This document shows, piece by piece, positions 38,683 through 49,762 of a stretch of 64,000 bases of DNA. The translations under genes and the position numbers were made by a program. How positions within the stretch are numbered: the stretch's first letter is position 1; every line of letters starts with the position of its first letter. Where the stretch lies: contig CAWJQC010000009.1 in assembly GCA_963844965.1 (NCBI GenBank), forward strand, positions 62,037 through 126,036, given 5' to 3'. The notes beneath the pieces were generated by a model, which was not told the origin of the DNA, made no database searches, and was given only the letters and a program-made list of their open reading frames with translations. Origin of the DNA: an uncultured bacterium. GTDB taxonomy: Bacteria > Patescibacteriota > Minisyncoccia > UBA6257 > 2-01-FULL-56-20.

Positions 38683-39117
38683 TTAGCGTGAAAATTTCAC
38701 CGGTATCCGCACCTCCCTGTCATTTTGCGGCAAACCGGAAGGATTGTCGTTATGGAGAACAAGCGTGCCGGCCTCGGTTGTCGGCGCGGTGAAGGTCAGT
38801 GTCGCCTTGAACGGCACGAAGTCGTTAGTCGTCCATTCCGATTGGGCCTGCGCCTGCGCGCGCGCAATTTCGTTGCCGTTGCCATCCAAAAGCCACACCG
38901 GAAAAACCGCTTCAAAGTACCAGCTGCCACGCGCCTCGCCGACGACTTCCAGCGGACTTTCCACAACACCACCGATGAGTAGCGAAGTAATCTTTATTGT
39001 GTCGGAGACATACAGCTGGCCATCCGATCTTTCAACAAGAGGATTGTACTTCAAGGCGAAGATCGCAGCCGCGACCACTATCAACAAGACGACAATGATG
39101 ATTATGATCTTCTTCAT
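38683..39117 (-). CDS. membrane-anchored Gmad2 immunoglobulin-like domain protein
   Basis: N-terminal TM helix. VGEARGSWYFEAVFPVWLLDGNGNEI...FVPFKATLTF...GTLVLHNDNPSGLPQNDREVRIPV matches the Gmad2 pattern. Confidence 0.55.
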   Translation of the reverse strand: MKKIIIIIVVLLIVVAAAIFALKYNPLVERSDGQLYVSDTIKITSLLIGGVVESPLEVVGEARGSWYFEAVFPVWLLDGNGNEIARAQAQAQSEWTTNDFVPFKATLTFTAPTTEAGTLVLHNDNPSGLPQNDREVRIPVKFSR

Positions 39118-39174
39118 ATTATTATTTCTCCGCAGAATACCTCGCCGCTTTGCGGCGAGGATAAATGTGGCTAA

Positions 39175-39358
39175 GAAATAATAAACCCCTCCTCATTTGT
39201 GGCAAAAATTGCGCCATCGCAATATCAGAGCCGTAGGGCGACTTCGTCTTCGTATGGTGCATATGCATAGATTTTACAGCAAATGGGGAGGGGTGAATAA
39301 CCGCTTGACCACAGGGCGTTGCGGATATCACACCGCTCTGCGGTGCGGTTATTCATTT
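39175..39358. repeat. structured intergenic repeat, family 1, copy B
   Basis: gaaataataaacccctcctcatttg...caaatggggaggggtgaataaccgc...caccgctctgcggtgcggttattcattt, same orientation as copy A. Confidence 0.6.
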
Positions 39359-39475
39359 GTGTTTCCGCATTGCGTTCCTCGCTCCGGAGATCTTCAGATA
39401 TTTCCTGTAACGGAAACTGGACGGCGTGCGATATGCCGGTTTCCCTTGGCGATTCCCAACTTTGGCGTAATTTTT

Positions 39476-39596
39476 CATCCCGTTAGAAGCAGGTCACGGT
39501 CATACCGCTCCCGCATAAATTTGCTATTTTACCAAGTTTTATATAAAGCATCAGATAATCTCTTGCCGCAACGCGACCGCGGCTTCTAACGGGATT
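39476..39596. repeat. MITE-like element, family 2, copy 1 (about 121 bp, about 20-bp terminal inverted repeats ATCCCGTTAGAAGC...)
   Basis: catcccgttagaagcaggtcac ... gaccgcggcttctaacgggatt. Copy 2 is at 57419..57542. Confidence 0.55.
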
Positions 39597-39733
39597 TTGC
39601 TTTCAAATGTTTAAAGAATTCTATTTGTTTTAGGCGTTTTTTCGCCTCATCCAGCGTTTTGTATGTTCCGAATTTCCGGCTGGTTGTTTCCGACAACACT
39701 ACATATTTACCTTTAATTTTTTTAATCATTTAT

Positions 39734-39958
39734 CTAATGATATGCTATCTCAAAAATTTTATCACGCGATTTGTGGCCGGAAACGATGGCCACGCGGGAG
39801 AGCGAAATATGCAAATATTCGGCGATTTTCTTTCTTATGGCATAGTTGGCGCGACCTTCGCGCGGCGGCTCTTTTACCGCCACGACAAAGTGTGCTTCAT
39901 CAATTTTATGAATAAATTCTCCCCTTGCGCCTGGTTTTACTCTAACAGATATACGCAT
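39734..39958 (-). CDS. YggU/DUF167-family protein
   Basis: MRISVRVKPGARGEFIHKID...EPPREGRANYAIRKKIAEYLHISLSRVAIVSGHKSRDKI matches the UPF0235 pattern. Confidence 0.65.
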   Translation of the reverse strand: MRISVRVKPGARGEFIHKIDEAHFVVAVKEPPREGRANYAIRKKIAEYLHISLSRVAIVSGHKSRDKIFEIAYH

Positions 39959-39967
39959 CCGCGCGTT

Positions 39968-41100
39968 TTACTTCGCTTTTGGCAGATAATTTCTTAACGT
40001 CCGAATCGTATTATCATAAGTCGAGCGGTCAATCGGGTACGGCGTGGCGTCCTTACCGCCGAAGGCGAAACTATAGCGCGCCGGGTCTTCGTAGGACGGC
40101 TTCGCTCCATAAATCATTTCCGCGACGAGAGCCAAAGCACGCACCGTTTTCGGACCGACTCCTTCCGTTGCCAGAAACTTTTCGTAATTTTCCGGTTTCC
40201 CATCGCAAAGCTGCCAAAATATTTTCTGGAGATATTTGCTCTTCGCGAAATCCTCCGTCACAACCGGATGGGAATAAAATTCCTTATTTTCCAGATTCAA
40301 AAGCGAAAGTTGTCTACCATTTATGTCCCGTAAGCGGGCCATCTGTGAAACAGGCGTGTAATATTTTTCCAGCAATAAAATATCTTTCATCAGCGTTTTC
40401 CAGCCCTGCGACAGCAGGTCCACGCTGACTTCGCGCGTTTTACCGCTTTTCGCGGCGGTAAGATTCAAAACCGACGGCATTTTGAGCTGGCTCATGATCC
40501 CGGAGTGCGGTTCGTTTATCAAATCTTTGGAACTTGCGGAATGCCAGTGGTAGCGCCGCGCCGTCTGATTATTTTGATTCATCCCCTGCTGCACGACAGT
40601 CCAGGCACCACCACGAGTGAAAATAAAACTGTGATGGTAAATCTGAAATCCGTCCTGGATGAGCGAACTGTCAACCTTGGCCGTCATCCGCGAATTATAG
40701 ACCAGGTGCTCGGCTTGCGGCGCAGGCAGTCCCAGCCGGTCGCCCCACAAAAGAATTTCGTCGGGTGTTTTGCGCGACGTCTTTCCCTTGCCGCCGCAGA
40801 TAAAAATTCCCAAATCACGCTCCTCGCCGCGAATCGCTTCCTTGAGCGCCGCCGTGAGCACTGTCGTGAGCCCCGAGGCGTTCCAGTCAAATGCCAGAAC
40901 GGTTCCCAATGACTGGAACCAAACCGGGTCGCCGAGCCGCCGGACTAGCGCCTCCGTTCCTCTTCGGCAACAATCGCTCGCACCATAATCCGTCCCAGTT
41001 TCACCATCCGCTCAAAAAGCCAGCGGGGGCATTTGCCGTAATCAAGAGTAAAGGTTGCTATACCGCGATGAATCATAACTATATTCTAACAATTGTCCCC
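39968..41100 (-). CDS. DUF763-like protein; frameshift near 40960
   Basis: ORF 39968..40909 contains ATEGVGPKTVRALALVAEMIYGAKPSYEDPARYSFAFGGKDATPYPIDR. Manual translation upstream gives MIHRGIATFTLDYGKCPRWLFERMVKLGRIMVRAIVAEE in another frame. Confidence 0.5.
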
Positions 41101-41157
41101 GATAAAAAAAGTGGGCTTTCAAAAATAAAACGGCTGCGGTAAGGTTCGCGCAACCGT

Positions 41158-41427
41158 TTATTTATCGGCGTCTTTCTCCAAATCTTCCGGGTTTAAGTTT
41201 TCAACAAATTCGCGCATAGCTTCACATAAAGCAATTGCGCGTTCTCCTCTCGGCCAACCAAGACATTCAACGAATATATTTATAAGATTGCGCGTCTTTT
41301 TCCTTCTGAGTTCTTCCAATTTTTCCTGCGCATGCTTCTCGTTCTGACACCGCATCATCAGATCGACTTGCTCATCAGTAAAATGGTGCTCTTTAATCCC
41401 TCCCACCTTCAGGGTTTCTTTCCACAT
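41158..41427 (-). CDS. hypothetical protein (reading frame stays open upstream to about 41520)
   Basis: 89-aa ORF. The same frame continues upstream as WGPFWEDDECPDWETPEIEIVNLSIPDDDSL with no in-frame ATG. Confidence 0.3.
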   Translation of the reverse strand: MWKETLKVGGIKEHHFTDEQVDLMMRCQNEKHAQEKLEELRRKKTRNLINIFVECLGWPRGERAIALCEAMREFVENLNPEDLEKDADK

Positions 41428-41716
41428 GAGCGAATCGTCGTCGGGTATGCTGAGATTGACTATTTCTATCTCCGGCGTTTCCCAATCGGGACATTCGTCG
41501 TCTTCCCAAAAAGGACCCCATAGACCCGCCTCCTTGAAAATTGTTCTGAATTAATTTTAACGCCTACAACTCGTTTTGGCAAAAAAGCAAACAAAAACGC
41601 TTTTCGTCATTCCGAACTCTGTGAGGAATCTCATCGGACTCATATAGAATCGCTACCCAAGAGATCCTTCGCAAGCTCAGGATAACATTCCGAACAGTGT
41701 CAACAGTAAGGTCAAA

Positions 41717-42139
41717 TTACTTCTCCACCGCGCCGCCTATGGCTTGCCAATTAGCGAGTCCGCCGAGGTTAGTGACGTTGGTATATCCGTTTTGTTCCAG
41801 AATTGTTTTTGCCTGGCCGGCCCGGATGCCGGTGCGGCAGTAAACGTAAATCGCCGCATCTTTCGGAATGGGCGGCAATTCGCCGCTTTGGAGTTTTGCC
41901 AATTCAAAATGTATGGCGCCTAAAGCGTGGCCAGCGTTCCACTCATCGTCCGTGCGCACGTCAATCAGAACCGCCTTGCCTTCTCCCACCAACTCCACCG
42001 CCGATTGCGTGTTTTTTTCGTTCATTAAAATTTGTGCCGTGCTTGGCTGGGAAATTCCGCTGCCGAAGCTTAATATTGCCGCGCAAACCGCCGCCGCGAC
42101 AGTAATAATCGCCAAACCGATTGCTTCGCGCGATTTCAT
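41717..42139 (-). CDS. secreted rhodanese-domain protein
   Basis: Signal peptide, then VRTDDEWNAGHALGAIHFEL...IYVYCRTGIRAG, which carries the active-site Cys. Confidence 0.8.
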   Translation of the reverse strand: MKSREAIGLAIITVAAAVCAAILSFGSGISQPSTAQILMNEKNTQSAVELVGEGKAVLIDVRTDDEWNAGHALGAIHFELAKLQSGELPPIPKDAAIYVYCRTGIRAGQAKTILEQNGYTNVTNLGGLANWQAIGGAVEK

Positions 42140-42232
42140 AAGTTAATTTTATTTGTTTCCAGTATAATTACAAATCACCATCCATATTAATCAAAAAGAT
42201 GGCTACCCAACAGTGCGAAAGACAAAAAAGAA

Positions 42233-44319
42233 TTACTGACTCGCTGTGAGCGTGAGTACGTTTCCCGTCGCACCGCCCGATGAGGCTGACGTGCTCGAGG
42301 TCAGGCCCTGCAAGTTCGCCGTGCTCTCGGCGACAAGAGCGCCGACGACAGAAACGAAGCTGGCAGTTGACTTGATGTCGGCCTTAAGCGAGAGAACGCG
42401 GGTCGTGTTCGCCGGGAGTATGTAGTTGATCGGCGAAGTGTTCGTACCGAAACAGTCAACATAGACACCGCTCGTCGCGCCCGAAGCGCCGTTCGTCGTA
42501 CAAGTGTTGCCACTCGGAGGCGTATTGATGGTCGTGCCGAACTGGCCGCCAGCGTCGTCGATTATGGCGACGTTGCCGATCTGATAGGGCAACATCGCGC
42601 TCGTAAGCGTTGAGGAGCCGAAGGTGAGCTTGAAGTCAAGGAATTTGACTTTCACCGCTTCGCCGCCGGCGTAGAACGCGAACTTGGCGATAGTCACACC
42701 GGACTGACCCGGACCAAGTTTCCGGTCGGGGTGTCACCGGACTGCGAAATGGAAACCTGAAGAGCGAGCGGTCCGGCAATCGTGATGTTCTGACCGGAAA
42801 CCGCATTTGTGATTGCGATTATGCCAGAAGATATCGCGCCTATTCCCGAAAGGCCCGTAAGAATCGTCGCCGGAGAAACCGATGTGCTCATCGGTGCCGA
42901 GGATGAAATGTCCGCGTAAACATTCACGTAAACGGTACCACCAGCAGGAACCGTGAATGGCGTGCCTGAAAATGTATAACTCGTTCCCACGGCCACCGTA
43001 CCTTGCGTTAAACCAAACTGGACACCATTAACCGTAATCTTCAAGTTCTGAAACAGCGACCCAGAAAATACATTGGAATTGCCAGCTTGGATGCTCACAT
43101 TATTTATCTTTACGCTCTCAACAGAAGATGCCGTCAAAGCATATGAACCGATTTTAGCGTTAAATGATCCGGGGACGACGGTCAGCGACCCAAGACCGTT
43201 GTTCTGCGCAACCGTCAAGCTGCCAATTGGTGCGGCCTGCGTCGTGAACGAATACTCAACGCTTACCCCCTCGTTGCCGTTGTTGTCCGTTGAAGCGACT
43301 TTAAAGTAGTAGGTCGTGCTAAAGTTCAAATTCGATAGCGCAACGCTGTGCGTGTAGCTGCCGCCACTGGAAACCGTCCCCGCGTTACTGACCGGAGCGA
43401 AGTAAGACCCGGATATCGTTCCAAAATACACCTCGCTGTTCCCGTATTCATTTGTCGTCCACGTGATGGTTGCCGCATTTTGGGTGACATTTATCGCCTG
43501 CACATTTGTTATGACAGGCTGGTTGTTGCCCGTAGAAACAGGTTGCGTAACCGAGACGTTCACGGTTACGCTCGCCGACACGGAACCGCCCGCACCGGAA
43601 CACGAGAGGGAATATGTTTGCGAGGTAGTAAGATTGCCGGTGCTTTGATTACCCGAAGTGCCTGACCATCCAGAAGGAGAGACATTGCAGTAATTGGCGC
43701 TTGTCGAACTCCATGTGATTATAGCAGCGGTGTCATAGGGAATGGCGACCGAGCCTGCGGAGCTGTTCGCCATAATACTCGCCGTAGGTACTGGCGTCGA
43801 TTGCGGAGACGGCGTTGTATTCTGCTGAATCTGCTGGAGGGTCTGATTTGCCTGCTGTTGTGCCGCTAACTGCTTCTGTAATAGGGCGACTTGTTGCAGG
43901 AGCAAATTCAGTTGCGCCTGCAGAGAATTATTAATGTCATTCGTAGTTGCGGGCGGCGTTGGAGTTGGCGGCGTTGAACTGGTTTCCGAAATCGCCTGCG
44001 CGTTGGATGCCTGAAGCTGTTGCGACAATATCGCGTTCGCTTTTGCTCTTGTAAGCGGGCCGAAATATCCCGCGGCCGGGGTTATGCCTTGGGCAACCTG
44101 AAACTGTTTGACTCCCGCGAGCGTCAGGGAAAAGAAATTGCCGCTGATTGGTCCGGAGTATACGCCTTGAGACGTTAGAAATTCCTGGAGTTGCTTAACG
44201 TCCGAATCTCCTTGGATTCCATAGTAGAGGTCATAGTCAAATGTTTGCGCAAAAACCCGAACGCCGCCGCACAGAAAGAGTGTGACAGCCAACACCAAAA
44301 CCAAGTATCTTTTTTTCAT
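42233..44319 (-). CDS. secreted cell-surface protein, paralog of 6301..8118 (shared N-terminal 200 aa), Fn3/Ig-like Thr/Ser-rich repeats; two ORFs joined at a GTGA overlap
   Basis: MKKRYLVLVLAVTLFL signal peptide, the same PG-binding-like and Q-rich coiled-coil region, then a variable C-terminus. ORF 42233..42697 starts at a GTG that overlaps the TGA of 42694..44319. Confidence 0.6.
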
Positions 44320-44420
44320 TATAATTTTTGGGTTTAGTTCGGCTTTGACTGGAAGCTATTTTTTCAGTATAACATTTCAATCTCAGTAATTCAATCCCCC
44401 ATTAAACTACTTCAGTTCAA

Positions 44421-45504
44421 TTACCACGATTTCCGATTTGTTCCGAAGCGCGTTGGCGGGCCCCATGTTCCCGCGCCGCTTGAAGTGTAAATAGTCATAT
44501 CTCCGGACTTTCCGAAACCGTGATAATGCTTTCCGTATATCAGACGCGAAATAAGATTTATCGGAAACATCTGGCCCTGGTGCGTGTGCCCCGAAAGCGC
44601 GAACGAAATTCCCGCGCGCTCCGCGATATCCAGCTTTGTCGGCTCGTGCTTCAGTAAAATACTCGGCCGCGTTTTGTCTATTCCCAAATTATTCAAGATC
44701 CCCTCAAATCTCTTCCTATTCGTTGCATCCATATAATCCACGCCTACAAGCTCTAACCCGTCAAGCTCAACCTTTTCGTTGTACAGAACCCTGATTCCGG
44801 CGCGCCTCACCGCCTCTATATATTTTGTTTTATCGCTAAACTCCTCGTGATTGCCGGTAATGAAATAAATCCCCCGCGCAACAAGGACATCTCGAAGCGG
44901 CGAAATCAAATCGTCCAAGTCCGCAGCCACGCCGTCATAGAGATCGCCGCCGATTAAAACCGTCTCCGGCTTTAATGTCTGAATCAAGCTGGAAATTTTC
45001 CCGGCAAATTTTTTCCCGCGCACGTTACCAAGATGCAAGTCGCTCATAAAAACCACATGTTTTCCCTTCCAGAGGTCGGGTAAATTCTGAAGTTTAACGG
45101 AAAATCTGGTAATTTCCACATCATGCGCATGAAAAACGCCGTACAGATAAACAATGATCGAAATGCCGAAAACAATCGCGCCCCAGATTCTCACTGAAAT
45201 AGAACGCGAACAATCGGCTGACAGCGACGCCAGAAAAGAAAACCAGCGCGCCCAAAAACAGAAAATACGCCGCCGCAAGCCAATAAGCGCTCGCGGCGTA
45301 AAATTTCCGCACAAATGAATTTGAATATCTGGAAGCCAGGACAGACGCCGGCACAAAGGTGAGGGACAAAACCATGAACAATATCCTGAGCGGAGCCACG
45401 TTCTCCAAGGCGAAAGCTGAAGCCAGCGCGTTCCAAACAAAAAGATGCACCAAGCTCAGAAATATCTGCACTATGACAACGATTATAACGAAAATAACGG
45501 CCAT
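44421..45504 (-). CDS. membrane-anchored metallophosphoesterase (calcineurin-like); frameshift near 45150-45200
   Basis: FMSDLHLGN...LIGGDLYDG...ITGNHEE...SGHTHQGQ. The multi-TM N-terminus is in ORF 45121..45504 in another frame. Confidence 0.75.
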
Positions 45505-45542
45505 ATATTAAACATTTTAACACAAGGAGCGCGGAAAATCGC

Positions 45543-46088
45543 CTATCTTTTCTTCGCAAAACGCTGATGTTTTTTCCGCTCGTGATCCAAAAGCCCGAGC
45601 TGGATGAGATTGTGCCATCTGCCTTTGTAAAATATCCTCTCGCGTTTCACTCCCTCAATCTTAAAACCTAACTTCCTACACATCGCCAAAGAGCGCGGGT
45701 TATATTCAAACACGTCGGCCTCAATGCGGTGAAGTTTAAGCTTACCGAATCCAAAATTCAAGACACTTATCATGACGTCTGTGCCATAACCCTTACTCCA
45801 ATATTTCTTGTCGCCTATAAAAATGCCAGCGACCATATTCTTATCCCGCAGATTCTTCTCTCTTAAACCAACGCTTCCGATATGAATTCCGTCTTTGGTA
45901 TCAATGGCAAAATGATGCGCGCTCTTATCCTTGCGCAAACCGTGAATCCACTTCTTTTCTTCTTTCATAGAAATGCTCTTGCGCGTGGTAAATTTGTTGA
46001 CGTCGGGGTCGTTAAGCCACCGCGCAAAACGCGGCGCGTCGCTCATTCGTATAGGCCTCAAAATTGTTTTTTGACCGCGAAGTATCAC
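45543..46088 (-). CDS. GNAT-family N-acetyltransferase (RimJ/RimL-like)
   Basis: MVAGIFIGDKKYWSKGYGTDVMISVLNFGFGKLKLHRIEADVFEYNPRSLAMCRKLGF. Confidence 0.8.
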   Translation of the reverse strand: MILRGQKTILRPIRMSDAPRFARWLNDPDVNKFTTRKSISMKEEKKWIHGLRKDKSAHHFAIDTKDGIHIGSVGLREKNLRDKNMVAGIFIGDKKYWSKGYGTDVMISVLNFGFGKLKLHRIEADVFEYNPRSLAMCRKLGFKIEGVKRERIFYKGRWHNLIQLGLLDHERKKHQRFAKKR

Positions 46089-46155
46089 TTTATTATCTTA
46101 CCAGATTTCTTTGATAATTCCTTTATCTCGTCCCTCAGAAGCGCCGCCAATGTGC
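46084..46155 (-). repeat. uvrB 3'-end remnant copy 3 (encodes LAALLRDEIKELSKKSGKIIK* out of context)
   Basis: It shares the 27-bp direct repeat atctcgtccctcagaagcgccgccaat with 46689..46715. Confidence 0.55.
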
Positions 46156-46160
46156 AAATA

Positions 46161-46190
46161 TTGACAAAACAAGAACCGCTATGGTAGAAT
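46161..46190 (+). promoter_or_regulatory. sigma70-like promoter TTGACA-18-TAGAAT, with GAGGAGG SD before the ATG at 46221
   Basis: TTGACAaaacaagaaccgctatggTAGAAT. Confidence 0.4.
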
Positions 46191-46220
46191 AACCGCAGTT
46201 GCAGATGAGGAGGAATTGAC

Positions 46221-46619
46221 ATGCTATTTCTGGTAAAAGTTGAATTATTTTATAAGCCGTGTGTTTGCCCAATTAGTGGCTCGACTTCAAGGACTATTGG
46301 CATGATAAACGCCGACTCGGAAGAAGATGCTGCGCGACAGTTAGGGTTGACTCGTTGGCCGGGATGGGAAAGAATTCTGGCCGCAAATAAGGACAACCGG
46401 GAAAAGAAAAAGGGGGAATATTTTTTCCTGAAGGAAGATACCGAAAAAATTGACGCCAACCCGCAGATGCTCTGGGAAAAGAGGGGCGGCAGGCCGAACC
46501 TGCGCGGCGTTACTTTCGAACTGGTCGAGATGATCACAAAGTTAGACCCGACAAAAACTTTCATGGCAGATCTGGCAGACATTCCACTTCCACTTCCGCC
46601 AGCATGGCGCTCATCGTGA
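46221..46619 (+). CDS. hypothetical protein carried between duplicated uvrB 3' ends
   Basis: 132-aa ORF with its own promoter and SD. No motif recognised. Confidence 0.4.
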   Translation: MLFLVKVELFYKPCVCPISGSTSRTIGMINADSEEDAARQLGLTRWPGWERILAANKDNREKKKGEYFFLKEDTEKIDANPQMLWEKRGGRPNLRGVTFELVEMITKLDPTKTFMADLADIPLPLPPAWRSS

Positions 46620-46630
46620 GCGCCGTTTTT

Positions 46631-46760
46631 TTATCCACGTCTGTCCACAAATTTCTTCTTTTCGCCAGAACTCTTGGACAATTCACGCATCTCGTCCCTC
46701 AGAAGCGCCGCCAATTCAAAATCTAAGCGCTTGGCCGCCTCGCGCGTCGTCGCTTCGCTC
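46631..46760 (-). repeat. uvrB 3'-end remnant copy 2 ([37 protein letters not shown])
   Basis: This is a second UVR-motif coding remnant. It shares gccgccaattcaaaatctaagcgctt with the intact uvrB end at 46889..46914. Confidence 0.55.
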
Positions 46761-46780
46761 CTCCTTAAAACCCAGCGGTT

Positions 46781-48926
46781 TTAACTCGCGCTTTGCGCTT
46801 TTCCGCCACGGGAAAACTCCCGTTTTCCCGACCCCTTTCCCGCGCGAGTTAGCAGTAATTTCAATGATTTTATCTCATCGCGAAGGATTGCCGCCAATTC
46901 AAAATCTAAGCGCTTTGCCGCTTCGCGCATTTCCTTTTCTTTTTCGGCAATCAGTTTCTGCAACGCGGTCTTGGACTTCGGTATCGGCTTCAGTTCCAAC
47001 GCCAGCATCTCATCAACATTCGGCAGAATATCGGAGATTTTTTTCTCTATCGTCTTCGGCGTAATATGGTGTTTTTTATTGTATTCAAACTGAAGTTTGC
47101 GCCGGCGTTCGGTTTCGGCCACCGCGCGTTTGATTGAACCGGTGATGTAATCGGCATAGATCAAAACTTCGCCGTTAACATTACGCGACGCTCTGCCAAT
47201 CGTCTGTATAAGCGACGTTTCACTTCGCAAAAATCCTTCTTTGTCGGCGTCCAAAATCGCCACAAGCGAGACCTCCGGCAGGTCCAACCCTTCGCGCAGG
47301 AGGTTGACGCCTACGAGCACATCAAATCCGCCGCGCACGCCGGAACCTTTGCGCAAATTAGTCAGAATCCTTATACGGTCAAGCGTTTTTACGTCGCTAT
47401 GCAAGTAAGTCACGTTGATTTTCTTTTCCTCCAGATAGGCCGCGAGGTCTTCCGCCATTCTTTTGGTTAGTGTGGTCACGAGAACTCGTTCCTTGTTCCT
47501 AACCCGTTCCTCCATGCGCGGGATTAAGTCATCAATCTGTCCGCGCGCCGGCCGCATGGTAATTTTGGGGTCAACCAAACCGGTGGGACGGATGATTTGC
47601 TCCACCGTTTGCGCGCTTTTTTTGCGCTCGTCAGCGGTCCGGCGTCGCCGAAGTATAAACGACCTGCCTGACTTTCGCTTCAAATTCCGGGAATTTCAGC
47701 GGCCTGTTATCTATCGCGGACGGCAGGCGAAAACCGTATTCAACCAGCGTCTTTTTGCGCGATGCGTCGCCCTCGTACATCCCTTGAATTTGCGGAACGG
47801 TCATGTGCGATTCATCAATAACCGTCAAAAAGTCCGGCGCGCCCGAATCGGTCCGCGGAAAGTAGTCCAAAAGAGTGTCCGGCGGCTCGCCCGCGGCGCG
47901 GCCCGACAAATGCCGCGAATAATTTTCAATCCCGTGGCAGTAGCCGACTTCCCGCATCATGGCGATGTCAAACTTCGTGCGCCGTTCAAGACGCTCGGCT
48001 TCAAGCAATTTGCCGCTCTTTTCAAAATATGCGAGCCGTCCCTTCAATTCTTCCAAAATCGCGGCAATTGCCCGTTCACGTTCCGGCGCCTCGGTTATGA
48101 AGTGCTTTGCCGGCGCTACGTAAATCTCGCGCAGTGTCGGCATTTTGTCCGGCTGAAACCCTACGACGGGGTCAACTTCGTAGATTTTTTTGATTATTTT
48201 TTCGCTGGCCGATCCGGATTTTACCGAAGAATGTTCTAGTTCAAAATTGTAAACTACTTCCTTGTCCGGCGGCATAATTTCCCAGTTATCGCCGCGCAAA
48301 CGGTATGTCCCGCGTTTCAGGTCGGAATTAGTCCGCGTAAACTGAAGCGAAACGAGTTTCCGCGCGAACTCTTCGCGTTTTATTTTGTCGCCGACTTTAA
48401 AGTGAAAAATGTTCTGTGCGTAAACTTCGGGCGCGCCCAAGCCATAGATACAGGAAACAGAAGCGACAACAATCACATCGCGCCGCGTTAGGAGCGCTGT
48501 TGTCGCCGCGTGGCGGAGCTTGTCTATCTCGTCGTTAATCAGCGCCTCCTTGTCTATGTAGGTGTCGCTAGACGGAATATACGCTTCCGGCTGGTAATAA
48601 TCGTAATAGGAAACGAAATAATTGACGGAATTTTTCGGAAAAAGTTCACGGAATTCGTTCGTAAGCTGCGCCGCCAGGGTTTTGTTGTGAGCGATAACGA
48701 GCGTCGGCTTCTGGATTTCCGCGATAACGTTCGCCACGGTAAATGTCTTACCGCTCCCCGTAACACCCAAAAGCGTCTGGTCTCTGTACCCTCTTTGCAG
48801 ACCGGAAACAAGCGACTTAATCGCCTTTGGCTGGTCGCCTGACGACTTGTATTTGGATATGATTTGAAAATTGTTCATTGAAAATTGTGCGGTCTGAAAC
48901 CCAAACGCCCCTCGGTCCGTAGCCAT
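46781..48926 (-). CDS. uvrB: excinuclease ABC subunit B (UvrB); frameshift near 47631-47683
   Basis: ORF 47631..48926 holds the N-terminal helicase domain ([15 protein letters not shown]). ORF 46781..47683 holds helicase C and the UVR motif ([16 protein letters not shown]). They are colinear. Confidence 0.9.
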
Positions 48927-49062
48927 AGGGGTATCTCGTCAAGGAAATTCTATGTTTAAAAATGCCGTGTGTCAAAAAAAACGAGCCCGGGGCCCATCGT
49001 GCAAACCGTAGTTTGTAGAGAATGGGCCGCGAGCCGCGTTATGGGCCGTGTGGCCGCCGGTG

Positions 49063-49482
49063 TCAGTTATTAGATACCGAGATACCAAAGCTGGCCGCGA
49101 GCTCAGCCACTCTGGCATCCGCCTCTTTCTCGGCAGCGATACACTTCTCGGCTTCCGCGATGGAGTTCCGGAGTCTCAGAATCTCTTGCTCCCGGTACGC
49201 CATCTCCGCAGCGTGTTCACTGCGCTCCGTCGCAACCTCTTGGTGTAGAGTGAACGGGACCTTCAGGATCCCACAGAGAACCTGCGCAGTCCTTCCGTCC
49301 GTGCTAGTAAGTGTTCCCAGGGCTTCCCTGAGAGCATAGGCTGCACTCTTGCCGAACTTCGGCGGTAGCGGCGGCGCCACCGGTGGAGGCGGGGGCGGCA
49401 CAGATTCCACGCCAGCTTGGAAAGCGCTTGTCGCAGTTTTCTTGTTAATCAAGTAGGCCCCGATGACCACCGTGGCCAGCAA
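49063..49482 (-). CDS. membrane-anchored proline-rich coiled-coil protein, high GC, non-ATG start likely
   Basis: TM helix LLATVVIGAYLI, then PPPPPPVAPPLPP, then an alanine/glutamate-rich helix. The GC content is clearly above the neighbours. Confidence 0.4.
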   Translation of the reverse strand: MLATVVIGAYLINKKTATSAFQAGVESVPPPPPPVAPPLPPKFGKSAAYALREALGTLTSTDGRTAQVLCGILKVPFTLHQEVATERSEHAAEMAYREQEILRLRNSIAEAEKCIAAEKEADARVAELAASFGISVSNN

Positions 49483-49549
49483 AAATATCAGGATACCAAT
49501 ATGGTGTTACTCCTTCTCTTGGATTTACTACAACCGCGCATCCCGGGAC

Positions 49550-49608
49550 GCGCAGCGTTTTGGGGCCCGCTAATTAATTATTTTTAATTAGGCCCCAAAA
49601 CGCTGCGC
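49550..49608. repeat. perfect 59-nt palindrome (18-bp GC-rich stem, AT-palindromic loop), preceded by a second hairpin
   Basis: gcgcagcgttttggggcc cgctaattaattatttttaattag gccccaaaacgctgcgc. gcgcatcccgggacgcgc lies just upstream. Confidence 0.6.
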
Positions 49609-49762
49609 ACCTCAAAATCAACAAACTAAGATACATTATACACCTAGTTTAATATCATGTCAAGAGCACGTTTGGTAGCGGAAAAACCAGTGTTTTAGGC
49701 GCCCAAATGCTTAATAAAAACCCCGGCGCGCAATAATCGCCGGAGGCCGAAAAGAGCTATAC

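Noticed and set aside
13166-39358. Idea that repeat copies A and B are direct-repeat boundaries of a 26-kb mobile island
   Set aside because: The intervening DNA carries core housekeeping genes (uvrA, uvrC, gdh, two-component system) with no integrase at either edge.
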